A stretch of DNA of 64,000 nucleotides from an uncultured Anaerolineae bacterium (GTDB lineage: Bacteria > Chloroflexota > Anaerolineae > Anaerolineales > Villigracilaceae): NCBI GenBank assembly GCA_903822545.1, contig CAIJPN010000114.1, positions 1-64,000 on the forward strand, written 5' to 3'. A program made the position numbers and the translations under genes. The notes beneath the pieces were generated by a model that saw nothing but the letters and a program-made list of their open reading frames with translations, was not told where the DNA came from and did not search any database. Positions within the stretch are counted from its first letter, which is position 1. Every line of letters begins with the position of its first letter. Of the stretch, positions 1 to 8,820 are shown piece after piece.

Positions 1-1297
1 CCGGGTTCTGGCGCGAGATAAACCAGCCATGCGCCTGGTAGGGATCATCCTTCAGGATGTTGTCGCGCAATTCCTGGAAAACGCCCAGCTTGAGCGGCAC
101 AAACGGATACTTCCACGGCACGCCGTCCAGCCGCAGGGCCGAAACGCGCGGGTAAGGCGGCTGCGGCGGCTTGCCCAGCCCGCCCGCTTCCTCGCCCGCC
201 TTGGGGAGCACAGTCACACCCCAGTTGCCAGCCAGCGCGTTCAAAATCGTGATGGCGCGCTGGGTCTGGAACGAGTTGACAAAATTGGATGTGCGCCAGC
301 CGTTGTGGGCCAGGGCGTGCGGCGCGGCATCGCTGAACTCCCGCGCAATTCGCCTGATGGTTTCAGCCGGGATGTCGGTCTTTTCGGCGGCCCATTCGGG
401 GGTGTATTCGCCGATGCTGGCGGCCAGTTCATCAAAACCAACCGTATGTTGGGCCACAAATTCAGCGTTGTAGCGTTTTTCCGAAATAATCACGTTAATC
501 AGCGCCAGGTGCAAGGCCAGATCGGTGCCGGGCTTAATCGGCAGCCATTCGTCGGCCTTCCCGGCGGTCTTGGTGAAGCGCGGGTCAATGCAGACCATTT
601 TGGCGTTTTGCGCAATCGCTTCAATCATTTCACCGGTTTCCGAGTTGGAAATCGCCTCGGCCAGGTTGCGCCCGGTCAGCAGGATGTACTTCACCCCGGC
701 ATAGCTGCGCCCCGGCTCTTCCAACCCGTAAGTCATCTGGTTCGCCACGATCATGGCGTTGAAACACAGGCTGCGCTGCGTACCATAATTTGGCGAGCCA
801 AAACCCTGCAACAGGTTCTCAAACTGCACCTGAGACAAATTATGAGTGGATGAAAACACCATCGCTTCTGGCCCGTACTGCTTCTTGATATTGAGCATAT
901 TCCAGGCCACAATGTCCAGCGCTTCTTCCCAGCTCGCCTCGCGGAACTTGCCCTCACCGCGTTTGCCGGTTCGCACCAACGGCGAAAGCACCCGGTCGGG
1001 GTCATAGGTTGTCGCCAGCCCGGCCTGTCCACGCGGGCAGAGTTTGCCCTTCGAGTGCGGCTGCTCGGGGTTGCCATCCAGCTTGACGATTTTCCCGCCG
1101 CGCACCTTTGCCAGCACGCCGCAGCGCCAAACGCACATTTCGCACAGGGTCGCAATTTCGCCATCACCCTGGGCATTCACCTGCCCGGCAGCCCGCGCCG
1201 CCTGCGCCACCGGCGCGGGCAGGAACTGCCCCACCGCCAGCGCCGCCGCAGTCGCGCCGCCCATCTTTAAGAAGTCACGTCTTGAAAGGGTCGCCAT
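1..1297 (-). CDS. Molybdopterin oxidoreductase catalytic subunit, Tat-exported. Partial: the N-terminal ~432 aa are in the window and the C-terminus lies beyond the left edge. PsrA/PhsA/TtrA-like CISM family.
   Basis: Manual translation of the minus strand from ATG at 1297 gives MATLSRRDFLKMGGATAAALAVGQFLPAPVAQAARAAGQVNAQGDGEIATLCEMCVWRCGVLAKVRGGKIVKLDGNPEQPHSKGKLCPRG..., i.e. a twin-arginine signal followed by a C-x2-C-x3-C...C 4Fe-4S motif typical of MopB-family enzymes. It is missing from the ORF track because the frame runs off the window without a stop. The ATG lies 3 nt after the stop of the upstream cytochrome gene. Confidence 0.8.
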   Translation of the reverse strand, partial: MATLSRRDFLKMGGATAAALAVGQFLPAPVAQAARAAGQVNAQGDGEIATLCEMCVWRCGVLAKVRGGKIVKLDGNPEQPHSKGKLCPRGQAGLATTYDPDRVLSPLVRTGKRGEGKFREASWEEALDIVAWNMLNIKKQYGPEAMVFSSTHNLSQVQFENLLQGFGSPNYGTQRSLCFNAMIVANQMTYGLEEPGRSYAGVKYILLTGRNLAEAISNSETGEMIEAIAQNAKMVCIDPRFTKTAGKADEWLPIKPGTDLALHLALINVIISEKRYNAEFVAQHTVGFDELAASIGEYTPEWAAEKTDIPAETIRRIAREFSDAAPHALAHNGWRTSNFVNSFQTQRAITILNALAGNWGVTVLPKAGEEAGGLGKPPQPPYPRVSALRLDGVPWKYPFVPLKLGVFQELRDNILKDDPYQAHGWFISRQNP

Positions 1298-1300
1298 AGG

Positions 1301-1999
1301 TTAAGCCTTTGTGGATGTTTCCGTTACCGGGGCTTTTACGGCCTTTTCAAAAGATACCGTTACCCAGCCCAGCTTCTGTGCGAGAACCAACAACCCGACC
1401 AGTACCACCGCGACGATCAGCGCCACCAACCCGATTGTGCCCCAATCCACCGTGCGCACGCCGAGCACATTCTCGTTATAGCGCGCCACATAATCCACGG
1501 TATAGGCCGGTTTGGCAACCACCAGGCTTGTATCTTCGGGGAGGTTGCTGGCCGGTTCCGGCATCATCGTCGGCTCGGGCGAGGGGCAGGCCGCCGCAGG
1601 AACAGCAGTCGGCGCGGCACCACCAGCTACAGGCCCCAATTTATCAAGATAGACTTTGGCGCGCGCATCCAAATCCTTGGGATGACACTGCTGGCAGGAA
1701 GCTTTCACATCCGCCATCGGGTTGACCATGCCAGTGTGCGCAGCAGCCTTATCGGTGGATTGGGTATTCCCACCGTGGCAGATGTAGCAGAAATCGCCAA
1801 AAGCGTGGCTCTGGTGCCAGCCTGTGCCATCCGCGTTAACAGAAAGCTGCCCTTGCACCTCGTGGCAATCTTTACAAGATGATGCCTGCGAGCCGCACTG
1901 CGCGCTGGCCGGGGTGGCTGTTGCCAGCCACAAGCCAGCAAAAAGCACCAGCAGGATGCCGGTGGTGAGCAGGGTAATGAAAGTTTTCTTGTTGTGCAT
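1301..1999 (-). CDS. Triheme c-type cytochrome with an N-terminal signal peptide and a C-terminal TM anchor
   Basis: Three CxxCH motifs (CKDCH, CYICH, CQQCH). Signal-like MHNKKTFITLLTTGILLVLFAGLWLA at the N-terminus and a hydrophobic C-terminal helix TIGLVALIVAVVLVGLLVLA. RBS GGAGG 5 nt upstream of ATG at 1999; the longer track ORF (to 2101) has no RBS. Confidence 0.75.
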   Translation of the reverse strand: MHNKKTFITLLTTGILLVLFAGLWLATATPASAQCGSQASSCKDCHEVQGQLSVNADGTGWHQSHAFGDFCYICHGGNTQSTDKAAAHTGMVNPMADVKASCQQCHPKDLDARAKVYLDKLGPVAGGAAPTAVPAAACPSPEPTMMPEPASNLPEDTSLVVAKPAYTVDYVARYNENVLGVRTVDWGTIGLVALIVAVVLVGLLVLAQKLGWVTVSFEKAVKAPVTETSTKA

Positions 2000-2103
2000 G
2001 TGTTCCTCCGTGTGGGATATGTCATTGCGATGAGCGCTCTTTGTGATGAAGCAGCTGTTGCCCTCGCACATGTGCCTGCGGCTCAGGGCAGGCAATGACA
2101 TCG

Positions 2104-2385
2104 TTATTTCGAAATTTCACTCAATAATTCCAGCGCCTGCAAAACGCGCGGGTCAGACAAAGCATAGGTAACGGAAACGCCGTGACGGGTGGATTGAACC
2201 AGGCCGCGTTCTCGCAAAATCTTCAGGTGGCGGGAAGTCATCGGCTGCGGAATCCCCAGCTCCAGAGTCAATTCATTCACGTTATAGGGGTGCTTTTCAA
2301 GCGTATGGATGATGTCTACCCTTTTGGGGTCGGCCAGGGCAAAACATAAATCAGCTTCGTGCCGGGAAAGATCGTTCAAAATCAT
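2104..2385 (-). CDS. ArsR/SmtB-family HTH transcriptional regulator
   Basis: 93 aa; winged-HTH signature (...VNELTLELGIPQPMTSRHLKILRERGLV...). First gene of the operon with the cytochrome and the Mo-enzyme; divergent from the rhodanese gene. Confidence 0.8.
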   Translation of the reverse strand: MILNDLSRHEADLCFALADPKRVDIIHTLEKHPYNVNELTLELGIPQPMTSRHLKILRERGLVQSTRHGVSVTYALSDPRVLQALELLSEISK

Positions 2386-2436
2386 CTATTGCCTCGTTTC
2401 ATACTGAAATTACATGAATATCCTATCATTGTGACG

Positions 2437-2529
2437 ATTAGCACAATAGTGAATGGTGTCACCTTTTGCCATAGTTTTTCTTTATGCAATTCGATAAATA
2501 TTTGCGATAGATACTTGTGATAATTGTCA
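2437..2529. promoter_or_regulatory. AT-rich divergent promoter region carrying three palindromes that are candidate ArsR operators
   Basis: ATTGTG-acgattag-CACAAT (2437-2456); GTGA-atggtg-TCAC (2458-2471); GTGA-taattg-TCAC (2516-2529). The two GTGA-N6-TCAC sites are ~58 bp apart. All three lie between the divergent arsR and rhodanese starts. Confidence 0.4.
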
Positions 2530-2614
2530 CTATTGGTTTACGACTTTGTACCATAAACTGATAGGGACGTAAAATATTTTGGGTTCGCCCCCATTATTCA
2601 CTCAGGAGAAGAAA

Positions 2615-4363
2615 ATGCAAAAGAAACTCAATCTGTCCCTGATCCTGCTGGTCATCTTCAGCATGATCCTGGCTGCCTGTGCCCCGGCGGCCACCCCCAC
2701 CGAAGAAGTGGTCGTTGCTCCGACCGCTGTTCCCGCAACCGAAGTTCCCCCAACCGATGTGCCCACAGCCGTCCCGCCCACCGAAGTGCCCGCCCTCGAT
2801 TTTGCGGCGATCTACGCCCAAATGATCGGCGCGCTGCCCCAGGGTTACGCCGGGATGAAGCCCGCCGATATGAACACCGTTCTTTCCGAAGCCACCCCGC
2901 CCTTCCTGCTGGATGTGCGCGATGCGGCTGAACTGGAAAAAGACGGCTACATCAAAGGCGCAGTGAACATCCCCGTGCGCGAAGTGCTCAAGAACCTGGA
3001 TAAACTCCCCGCTCTCGATGCAAAAATCTTCGTCTACTGCGGTTCCGGCCAGCGCGGCGGTATGCTGACGGGTGTCCTGCGCATTTTGGGCTACACCGAA
3101 GTCTACAATATGTACGGCGGCCTGGCTGCATGGAAAAAAGCTGGCCTGGCTGTTGAAACCGGCTCGATGCCCGCTGCTGCGGCTGCCATCAGCACCCCCA
3201 TCATTGCCGACCAGGCGCTTTTCACTGCGCTTGACGAAAGCATGTCCACCCTGCCCGATGGCTTCCTCGGCACCAAAGCCGACAAGGTTAAAGAAGCCCT
3301 GGCCAGCGCTACCCCGCCCACCGTCATCGACCTGCGCACTACTGCCGAACGCGAATCGGGTGGTTACATCGCCGGCTCCATCAATGTTCCGGTTGAAGAG
3401 CTCTTCACCAGCCTCGACAAACTGCCCGCTAAAGATGCTGCCATCATCCTGTACTGCGGCTCCGGCCAGCGCGGCTCGCTCGCCATCGAAGGCCTGCGCC
3501 TGCTGGGCTACACCAATGTCCTGAACATGGGTGGCGGCTTCGGCGCCTGGAAAGCTGCCGGTTTTGAATATGAAGGCAAGATTAACTGGACAGCCGTCTG
3601 GACTGACTTCCTGAACAACCTGCCCGCCGACTATTACACCCTCAAAGCCGATATGCTCAAGGCCCAGGTGGATACCGGCGCTGCGCCCTTCATCCTCGAT
3701 GTGCGCGAACCGTCTGAACTGGAATCGGCTGGCTACATCAAGGGTGCGGTCAACATCTCTGTCCGCAATGTGCTCAAAAACCTGGATAAACTCCCCGCCC
3801 AGAATCAGCCCATCGTAATCTACTGTGGCTCCGGTCACCGCGGCGCGTTGGTGATGGCTGCCCTGCGCATGTTGGGCTACACCGATGTTCGCAACCTGGG
3901 TGGCGGTTTTGGCGCCTGGACAAAAGCAGAATTCGCCGTGGAAAAAGGCTCCATGCCCGCTGAACCTGTTGCTGGCACTGCCCCGGCTGTCGATTTCCTG
4001 CGCTTCAAAGACCTCGACGCCTTCCTCTCGACCCTGCCCGATGGCTTCTACAGCATGAAGGCTGCCGATGTGCAGGCTGCGGCCACCTCATCCAACCCGC
4101 CCACGTTGATCGACCTGCGCACTACCGATGAGTTTGCCACCGGTTACATTCAGGGCGCGGTCAACCTCCCGGTCAATGAGGTAATGAAAGACCTGACCAA
4201 ACTGCCCGCCGACAAGGCTGCCCCGGTTATTGCCCTCTGCCAGTCTGGTCATCGCGGCGCGCTCTTCATGATGGCAATGCGCATGATGGGCTACACCAAT
4301 GTCAACAGCCTGCTCAAAGGCATGAACGGCTGGCTGGCCGAAAACCTGCCGGTTGTAAAGTAA
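2615..4363 (+). CDS. Lipoprotein with four tandem rhodanese (sulfurtransferase) domains
   Basis: Signal peptide plus lipobox (ILAAC). Four rhodanese active-site loops, each with a Cys (VYCGSGQRG, LYCGSGQRG, IYCGSGHRG, ALCQSGHRG). RBS AGGAGAAG before ATG at 2615. Confidence 0.85.
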   Translation: MQKKLNLSLILLVIFSMILAACAPAATPTEEVVVAPTAVPATEVPPTDVPTAVPPTEVPALDFAAIYAQMIGALPQGYAGMKPADMNTVLSEATPPFLLDVRDAAELEKDGYIKGAVNIPVREVLKNLDKLPALDAKIFVYCGSGQRGGMLTGVLRILGYTEVYNMYGGLAAWKKAGLAVETGSMPAAAAAISTPIIADQALFTALDESMSTLPDGFLGTKADKVKEALASATPPTVIDLRTTAERESGGYIAGSINVPVEELFTSLDKLPAKDAAIILYCGSGQRGSLAIEGLRLLGYTNVLNMGGGFGAWKAAGFEYEGKINWTAVWTDFLNNLPADYYTLKADMLKAQVDTGAAPFILDVREPSELESAGYIKGAVNISVRNVLKNLDKLPAQNQPIVIYCGSGHRGALVMAALRMLGYTDVRNLGGGFGAWTKAEFAVEKGSMPAEPVAGTAPAVDFLRFKDLDAFLSTLPDGFYSMKAADVQAAATSSNPPTLIDLRTTDEFATGYIQGAVNLPVNEVMKDLTKLPADKAAPVIALCQSGHRGALFMMAMRMMGYTNVNSLLKGMNGWLAENLPVVK

Positions 4364-4383
4364 AAAAACGTGTAATTTGCTGG

Positions 4384-4421
4384 CTGCCCGTGGGCTTTGG
4401 CTCACGGGCAGTTTTTGTTTC
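4384..4421 (+). terminator. Rho-independent terminator
   Basis: CTGCCCGTG-gctttggct-CACGGGCAG followed by TTTTTGTTT. Confidence 0.7.
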
Positions 4422-4577
4422 TGTTGGGAAGCAAACTGGTAGAATGCCTTCCTGTGCCATACGGAAAATATTCGCAGGTAAATTTAGCCACATTGTGACA
4501 TTTGTCACTTATAAATTGCGTGGTATTCATGTACATTTGGCTTGCTTTATTCGTTTTTCGGAATATAGAGGAGACCC

Positions 4578-5516
4578 ATGCTCAACCTGGATGCGCTAAA
4601 AGTTTTCCTGGCCGTAGCCGAACATGGCAGTTTCAGTGAGGCTGGCCGGCAGTTACACCTTTCCCAGCCTGCTGTCAGCCAGATTATTCAAGGGTTGGAA
4701 CGCCAGCTAGCTGCGCAGTTGTTTATCCGCCAGGGACGTTCAGCGCAGCTCACAGAAGCCGGGCAAATGCTGGTTTCACTGGCGCGTGAATTGCTAAACT
4801 CGGCGCAGCGTGTTGAGCAGACTATGCTCTCGATGCAGGGAGAAATTATCGGGGAGATGACGATCGGATGCTCCACTGCTTCGGGTAAGTACCTGCTGCC
4901 GGGTATGATCGCCCGGTTTCGGCATCAATATCCGAAGGTGCGAATTAACGTACTTGTTACCAGCCGGGACTCGGTAATTAACAAACTTGTCATAGGAGAT
5001 GTGGCATTTGGGGTTTCAAGTAAGTTAATTGAACATGGTGATCTGGAATACCAGGAGCTTTTTAAGGATGATGTTATCTTGATCGTGCCTGCCGGGCATC
5101 GCTGGGCGCAATATCGCAAAATCTACCCGGATGATTTGCTCGATGAGCCGATGATCCTGCGCGAGGAAGTATCTGGAACGCGTGAAGTATTGATCAACGG
5201 TCTGGCGAATCATGATATTTCATCTGAGATGCTTAATGTGGCGATGGTTTTGGGAAACGCCGAAGCCATCGAAATGGCAGTGGAAGAAGGGCTGGGGATC
5301 GCATTTGTCTCCCGGCTGGCGGCGGCACGGGGTATGGCCCTGGGCCGGGTGGTGGATGTAAATGTGGAAGGAATGGCGTTGACTCGCAAGATTTACCTGG
5401 CGCGCAATCGTCGCCTGCCGCTAACCAGGGCACAGACTAAGTACTGGGAATATGCGAACAGTTCCATTAACGAAATCCAAAAACTTGGGGAACTCAAGCA
5501 AATCTCCGTACCCTGA
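4578..5516 (+). CDS. LysR-family transcriptional regulator
   Basis: N-terminal HTH (LKVFLAVAEHGSFSEAGRQLHLSQPAVSQIIQGLE) plus a LysR substrate-binding domain; RBS GAGGAG. Confidence 0.85.
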   Translation: MLNLDALKVFLAVAEHGSFSEAGRQLHLSQPAVSQIIQGLERQLAAQLFIRQGRSAQLTEAGQMLVSLARELLNSAQRVEQTMLSMQGEIIGEMTIGCSTASGKYLLPGMIARFRHQYPKVRINVLVTSRDSVINKLVIGDVAFGVSSKLIEHGDLEYQELFKDDVILIVPAGHRWAQYRKIYPDDLLDEPMILREEVSGTREVLINGLANHDISSEMLNVAMVLGNAEAIEMAVEEGLGIAFVSRLAAARGMALGRVVDVNVEGMALTRKIYLARNRRLPLTRAQTKYWEYANSSINEIQKLGELKQISVP

Positions 5517-5614
5517 ATGGATAGAATGCCCACAGGTGAGAATTAGGCTTGTCGCCTTAAGAAAAACGCAATTCTCATCCGCGATGGGCATAGTTGCCAG
5601 CTGTGGCTTTGGTA

Positions 5615-5658
5615 CAAAAACAAAAACGCGAGGGTGGCCTCGCGTTTTTGTTTTTGTA
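5615..5658. terminator. Bidirectional intrinsic terminator (20-bp perfect palindrome)
   Basis: ACAAAAACAAAAACGCGAGG-gtgg-CCTCGCGTTTTTGTTTTTGT. A-run and T-run flanks serve the convergent lysR (+) and hydrolase (-) genes. Confidence 0.75.
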
Positions 5659-5666
5659 CCGGAAAC

Positions 5667-8588
5667 CTAGCGCACAACCAGCCAGGCTGGGATATAGCCA
5701 TCGACCCCATGCGGGGCCTGCACTTTGAGCCACTGGCCGAAAACGCCCAGCTTGAACTCGGCTTCATCTGCTGCGTCCAGCACTTCCAGCGGCGCACCAG
5801 CATGCAGCTCGGCGACAATTTTGCCATTGGGGTTCGGAGATTGGCGCAAGCGCACAACAGCAAGCCCTGGCTGGCTGGAAACATGCACCAGAAGGGCCGT
5901 TGGAGCCGGCTCGGTGGTGAAATCGGAAACATCAAAGGAGAGGCTTGTGGCGCTTTTATCTTCGGTAACATACCAGGCAGCTACAAAGCCAGTTTTGGCT
6001 GATTCATCCTGCACTTGCAGCCAGGCACCATTTTTCCCAATATTGGGGCGGGCCACTTCGGGTTTATCGAGCACACTCAGTTTTGCGCCACCGTAAACAG
6101 TGGTGATGATAGCGGCAGCTGCATTCGGCTGAGCGCGCATTCGCAAACCGCCCGTTCCTACGGATGGCGAGACAATTACAACCAGCTTTTGCCCATCGCC
6201 AGGCGCGGTCGAAGGTGCTGGAGCAGGTTCGGCATCTTGCGTCAACTTGACCAGCCACGCGCCGACATAGCCTTCCACGCCGCCTTTGGCACGCACATTG
6301 ATCCATTTCCCATCCACGCCAACGCGTCGATTTGTGACTTCGGCTTTTTCAAGCGACATCAGTGCATCGCGTGGGAAAGCTGAACCAACAACCGGGGCGG
6401 TATCATTGGCACCCCGACGAATTTTGATGCCGCCTGCACCAACAAAATTGGCGACATATACAAACAGGTCAGCCGATGGCGCCGGTTCTGCCGGGGCAGG
6501 TGTGACAGCCGGAGGCTGTGTGGTGACCGGGGGAGTTGGCGGTGTGACCGGGGTTGCCGGGGCTTCATCCTGGGTCAGCTTAACATATTGCGCGCCAACA
6601 TAGCCTTCTATGCCGCCTTTGGCACGCACGTTGAGCCATTTCCCATCCAGTCCAATGCGGTTTTTGAGCACTTCAGCTTTATCCAATGATTTGAGTGGAT
6701 CTCGCGGGAAGGCCGAAGCCAGCATGGGACTGGCTGTATCGGGGCGTTTGTATATTTTGATGCCGCCCGCGCCGACAAAATTGGCGACGTAAACGAACAC
6801 ATCTTCAGCCACAGGGGGAACCGGCGGTTCAGCTTGTGGCTTTTTAGGTTCAGCTGGAGGTGTGACGGGTGGTTCAGCCGGGGGTGTGACCGGGACAGGC
6901 TCGGATGGTGGGGGTGTCACTGGCGGGGTTACAGGCGGAGTCACCGGCGGCGGGGTAGTTTCAACCGGCGCAGCGGCCACGCTGGCAGCAATATCCGCAT
7001 ACAATCCACCAAAAGCCTCGGCGTTGGTACGAATCAGGTTGCCATACATTTGCTCCTGTCCAATACCGTTGTAATTTTTGGCAAACAGGACAAAATCCTT
7101 GTTTTTAAGACCTTTCAAGGCATCGCCTTTGCCTTTAACGAAGTCAAACAAGCCCACAATCTGGTTGCGGTCACCAGACGCGAAGGCGTTGAACATATCG
7201 TGGACGTTGGAGTAGCCAATGCCTGCATAGTTGAAACCCATAATCTGCGGCGACCCCATGCTAATGGAGTATTTGGCCGCAGTTTCATCGAGTTTGCAGG
7301 CAAAGTTGAATACATCCCATTCAGCCGACTGGTTGCCGTGGAAGTCACGCCAGGCCTGGTTGGGATCGGGCCGCCATTGGTGGCCCTGCCAGCTCTGGCC
7401 AGAATCAAACTTGAAATGCTGGCTGAATTTGGATGGGTTGCTTTTGCCCCAATAGCCGTTGAAGATGTGATTCTCGAAGCGGATGATCATGCGATTGTCC
7501 ACAAACCCCCGCCCGCCGCTTTCCACCGCTAAAACGGCCACTGCCGCGCCGACATCGATATTGAGTATTTTTGCCAGGGCATTGAGCAAGCCGCCATAAC
7601 GGTTCCAGATATCGGCCACCAATCGTTGGTTGCTATTGAAACCAGGTTTGACCTGGATTCGCACAGGCGGTTCCATCGCCACACTGGCAACTGCCCGGCC
7701 CAACTGCGTCAGGTTTTGTGGTTGGGTTACCGGGGTGGGTGTGACGGGTTGTGAGCCAGATGATGCAGTCTCTCCGCTGGTATTTTCCACAAACCAGGCA
7801 GCGACATAACCTTCCACGCCATTGGCATTGCGGACTTTGACCCATTGACCGTTGACACCGATTTTGGCCCGGGCGGCGGCTTCATCTTCGACCACTTGCA
7901 AAAACGTACCCGAATATTCCACAGAGAGCGTGTCGCCATCGGTGCTTGGTTTTGAGCGGATGCGCAGGCCCAGATCGAGACCATCGCTGACGCGCACAAG
8001 GTAGCCAGTCAGTTCTGCGGGCGGGGTCGTGGGCGCGGTGCCCTGGCCGCTTCCATCCGCTGTGCATTCATAGAAAACCACTGCCGAAATGGCCCGTTTC
8101 AGTTCTTTCCCGTGGCTGTAACGCTGCATCAGCGAAACTTCCTGCTTGTCTTCGTCTGGCAGGGGCCAGGGATCGAGGATCAGGAAATCTTTGCCGACCT
8201 TTTCATAAGCCACCACCCAGTGATTTTGCAGGCCCGCCGCTGGCGAGCTATCCACCTCGAGCAGGGCTGGCTGCCCGGCGGCGATGGAGGCCGCAATCGC
8301 ATCAATAGGCGCATCATTGCCTTTGCAAATGATCAGGTTTTTGAAACGCACTTTGGGATACACCGAACTGGCCGAGCCCCAGATGATCATTGGGCCAATA
8401 AAACCACCAGCCTGTTTGAGTTTTTGGTTCAAGCTGCCAGTGGTTTCGGGGTACCCAAACCCGCTCAAGAACATTGCGACACTGGTCAGGGCGCAGCCTG
8501 ATTCGCCCAGGGTTTCACCGCTTTTTCCTAGCCGGTCATTTTTCCAGCGTGGGTCACGCTGTGAAATTCGTACTGGATTAAACGCCAT
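5667..8588 (-). CDS. Modular peptidoglycan hydrolase: C39-like cysteine peptidase, SH3b, N-acetylmuramidase (DUF3380/PF11860-like), then four SH3b domains. No signal peptide.
   Basis: N-terminus GCALTSVAMFL...HWVVAYEK (Peptidase_C39_2-like Cys/His). Central AVESGGRGF...IIRFENHIFNGYW matches the phage-endolysin muramidase family. Repeated SH3b units (FVYVANFVGAGGIKI...GKWLNVRAKGGIEGYVGA). Pro/Thr linkers (TPPVTPPVTPP). RBS GAGGTG. Confidence 0.75.
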   Translation of the reverse strand: MAFNPVRISQRDPRWKNDRLGKSGETLGESGCALTSVAMFLSGFGYPETTGSLNQKLKQAGGFIGPMIIWGSASSVYPKVRFKNLIICKGNDAPIDAIAASIAAGQPALLEVDSSPAAGLQNHWVVAYEKVGKDFLILDPWPLPDEDKQEVSLMQRYSHGKELKRAISAVVFYECTADGSGQGTAPTTPPAELTGYLVRVSDGLDLGLRIRSKPSTDGDTLSVEYSGTFLQVVEDEAAARAKIGVNGQWVKVRNANGVEGYVAAWFVENTSGETASSGSQPVTPTPVTQPQNLTQLGRAVASVAMEPPVRIQVKPGFNSNQRLVADIWNRYGGLLNALAKILNIDVGAAVAVLAVESGGRGFVDNRMIIRFENHIFNGYWGKSNPSKFSQHFKFDSGQSWQGHQWRPDPNQAWRDFHGNQSAEWDVFNFACKLDETAAKYSISMGSPQIMGFNYAGIGYSNVHDMFNAFASGDRNQIVGLFDFVKGKGDALKGLKNKDFVLFAKNYNGIGQEQMYGNLIRTNAEAFGGLYADIAASVAAAPVETTPPPVTPPVTPPVTPPPSEPVPVTPPAEPPVTPPAEPKKPQAEPPVPPVAEDVFVYVANFVGAGGIKIYKRPDTASPMLASAFPRDPLKSLDKAEVLKNRIGLDGKWLNVRAKGGIEGYVGAQYVKLTQDEAPATPVTPPTPPVTTQPPAVTPAPAEPAPSADLFVYVANFVGAGGIKIRRGANDTAPVVGSAFPRDALMSLEKAEVTNRRVGVDGKWINVRAKGGVEGYVGAWLVKLTQDAEPAPAPSTAPGDGQKLVVIVSPSVGTGGLRMRAQPNAAAAIITTVYGGAKLSVLDKPEVARPNIGKNGAWLQVQDESAKTGFVAAWYVTEDKSATSLSFDVSDFTTEPAPTALLVHVSSQPGLAVVRLRQSPNPNGKIVAELHAGAPLEVLDAADEAEFKLGVFGQWLKVQAPHGVDGYIPAWLVVR

Positions 8589-8820
8589 AGTTCACCTCGT
8601 TGCTTATAGGTATCGGAAACGTAATTTCATTATACAAACTTCCAATAAAAATGCAATTTTGGGAAACCCCCATTTCGTATCCAGCCAGGCAGTATGGGAA
8701 TTTGCATGCTGCGTCGCAGGATGTTATCACGCCTTGCCCAGGTATGGCGGCGGGGCGCTAACCCGTCTCGGAAAATCTGCAGGAATTTTTTGGCGAAGGT
8801 ATTTGCCGGGGCCGACCGTT

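Noticed and set aside
29-853. 274-aa plus-strand ORF, together with 171-473, 751-1176 and 1044-1304
   Set aside because: All are overlapping or antisense frames of the real minus-strand Mo-oxidoreductase gene, which translates cleanly from ATG 1297 with a TAT signal and FeS motif. They are Arg/Pro-rich, typical of high-GC artefacts.
1-1297. Possible selenocysteine (in-frame TGA) in the Mo-enzyme, as in formate dehydrogenases
   Set aside because: No in-frame stop appears in the 432 codons within the window, and the expected Sec position is near the first FeS/Mo-ligand region, which reads through with Cys and standard codons.
2594-3838. 414-aa minus-strand ORF
   Set aside because: Antisense to the rhodanese lipoprotein gene; Gly/Asp/Val-rich with no start signals. 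A long open antisense frame is expected at ~60% GC.
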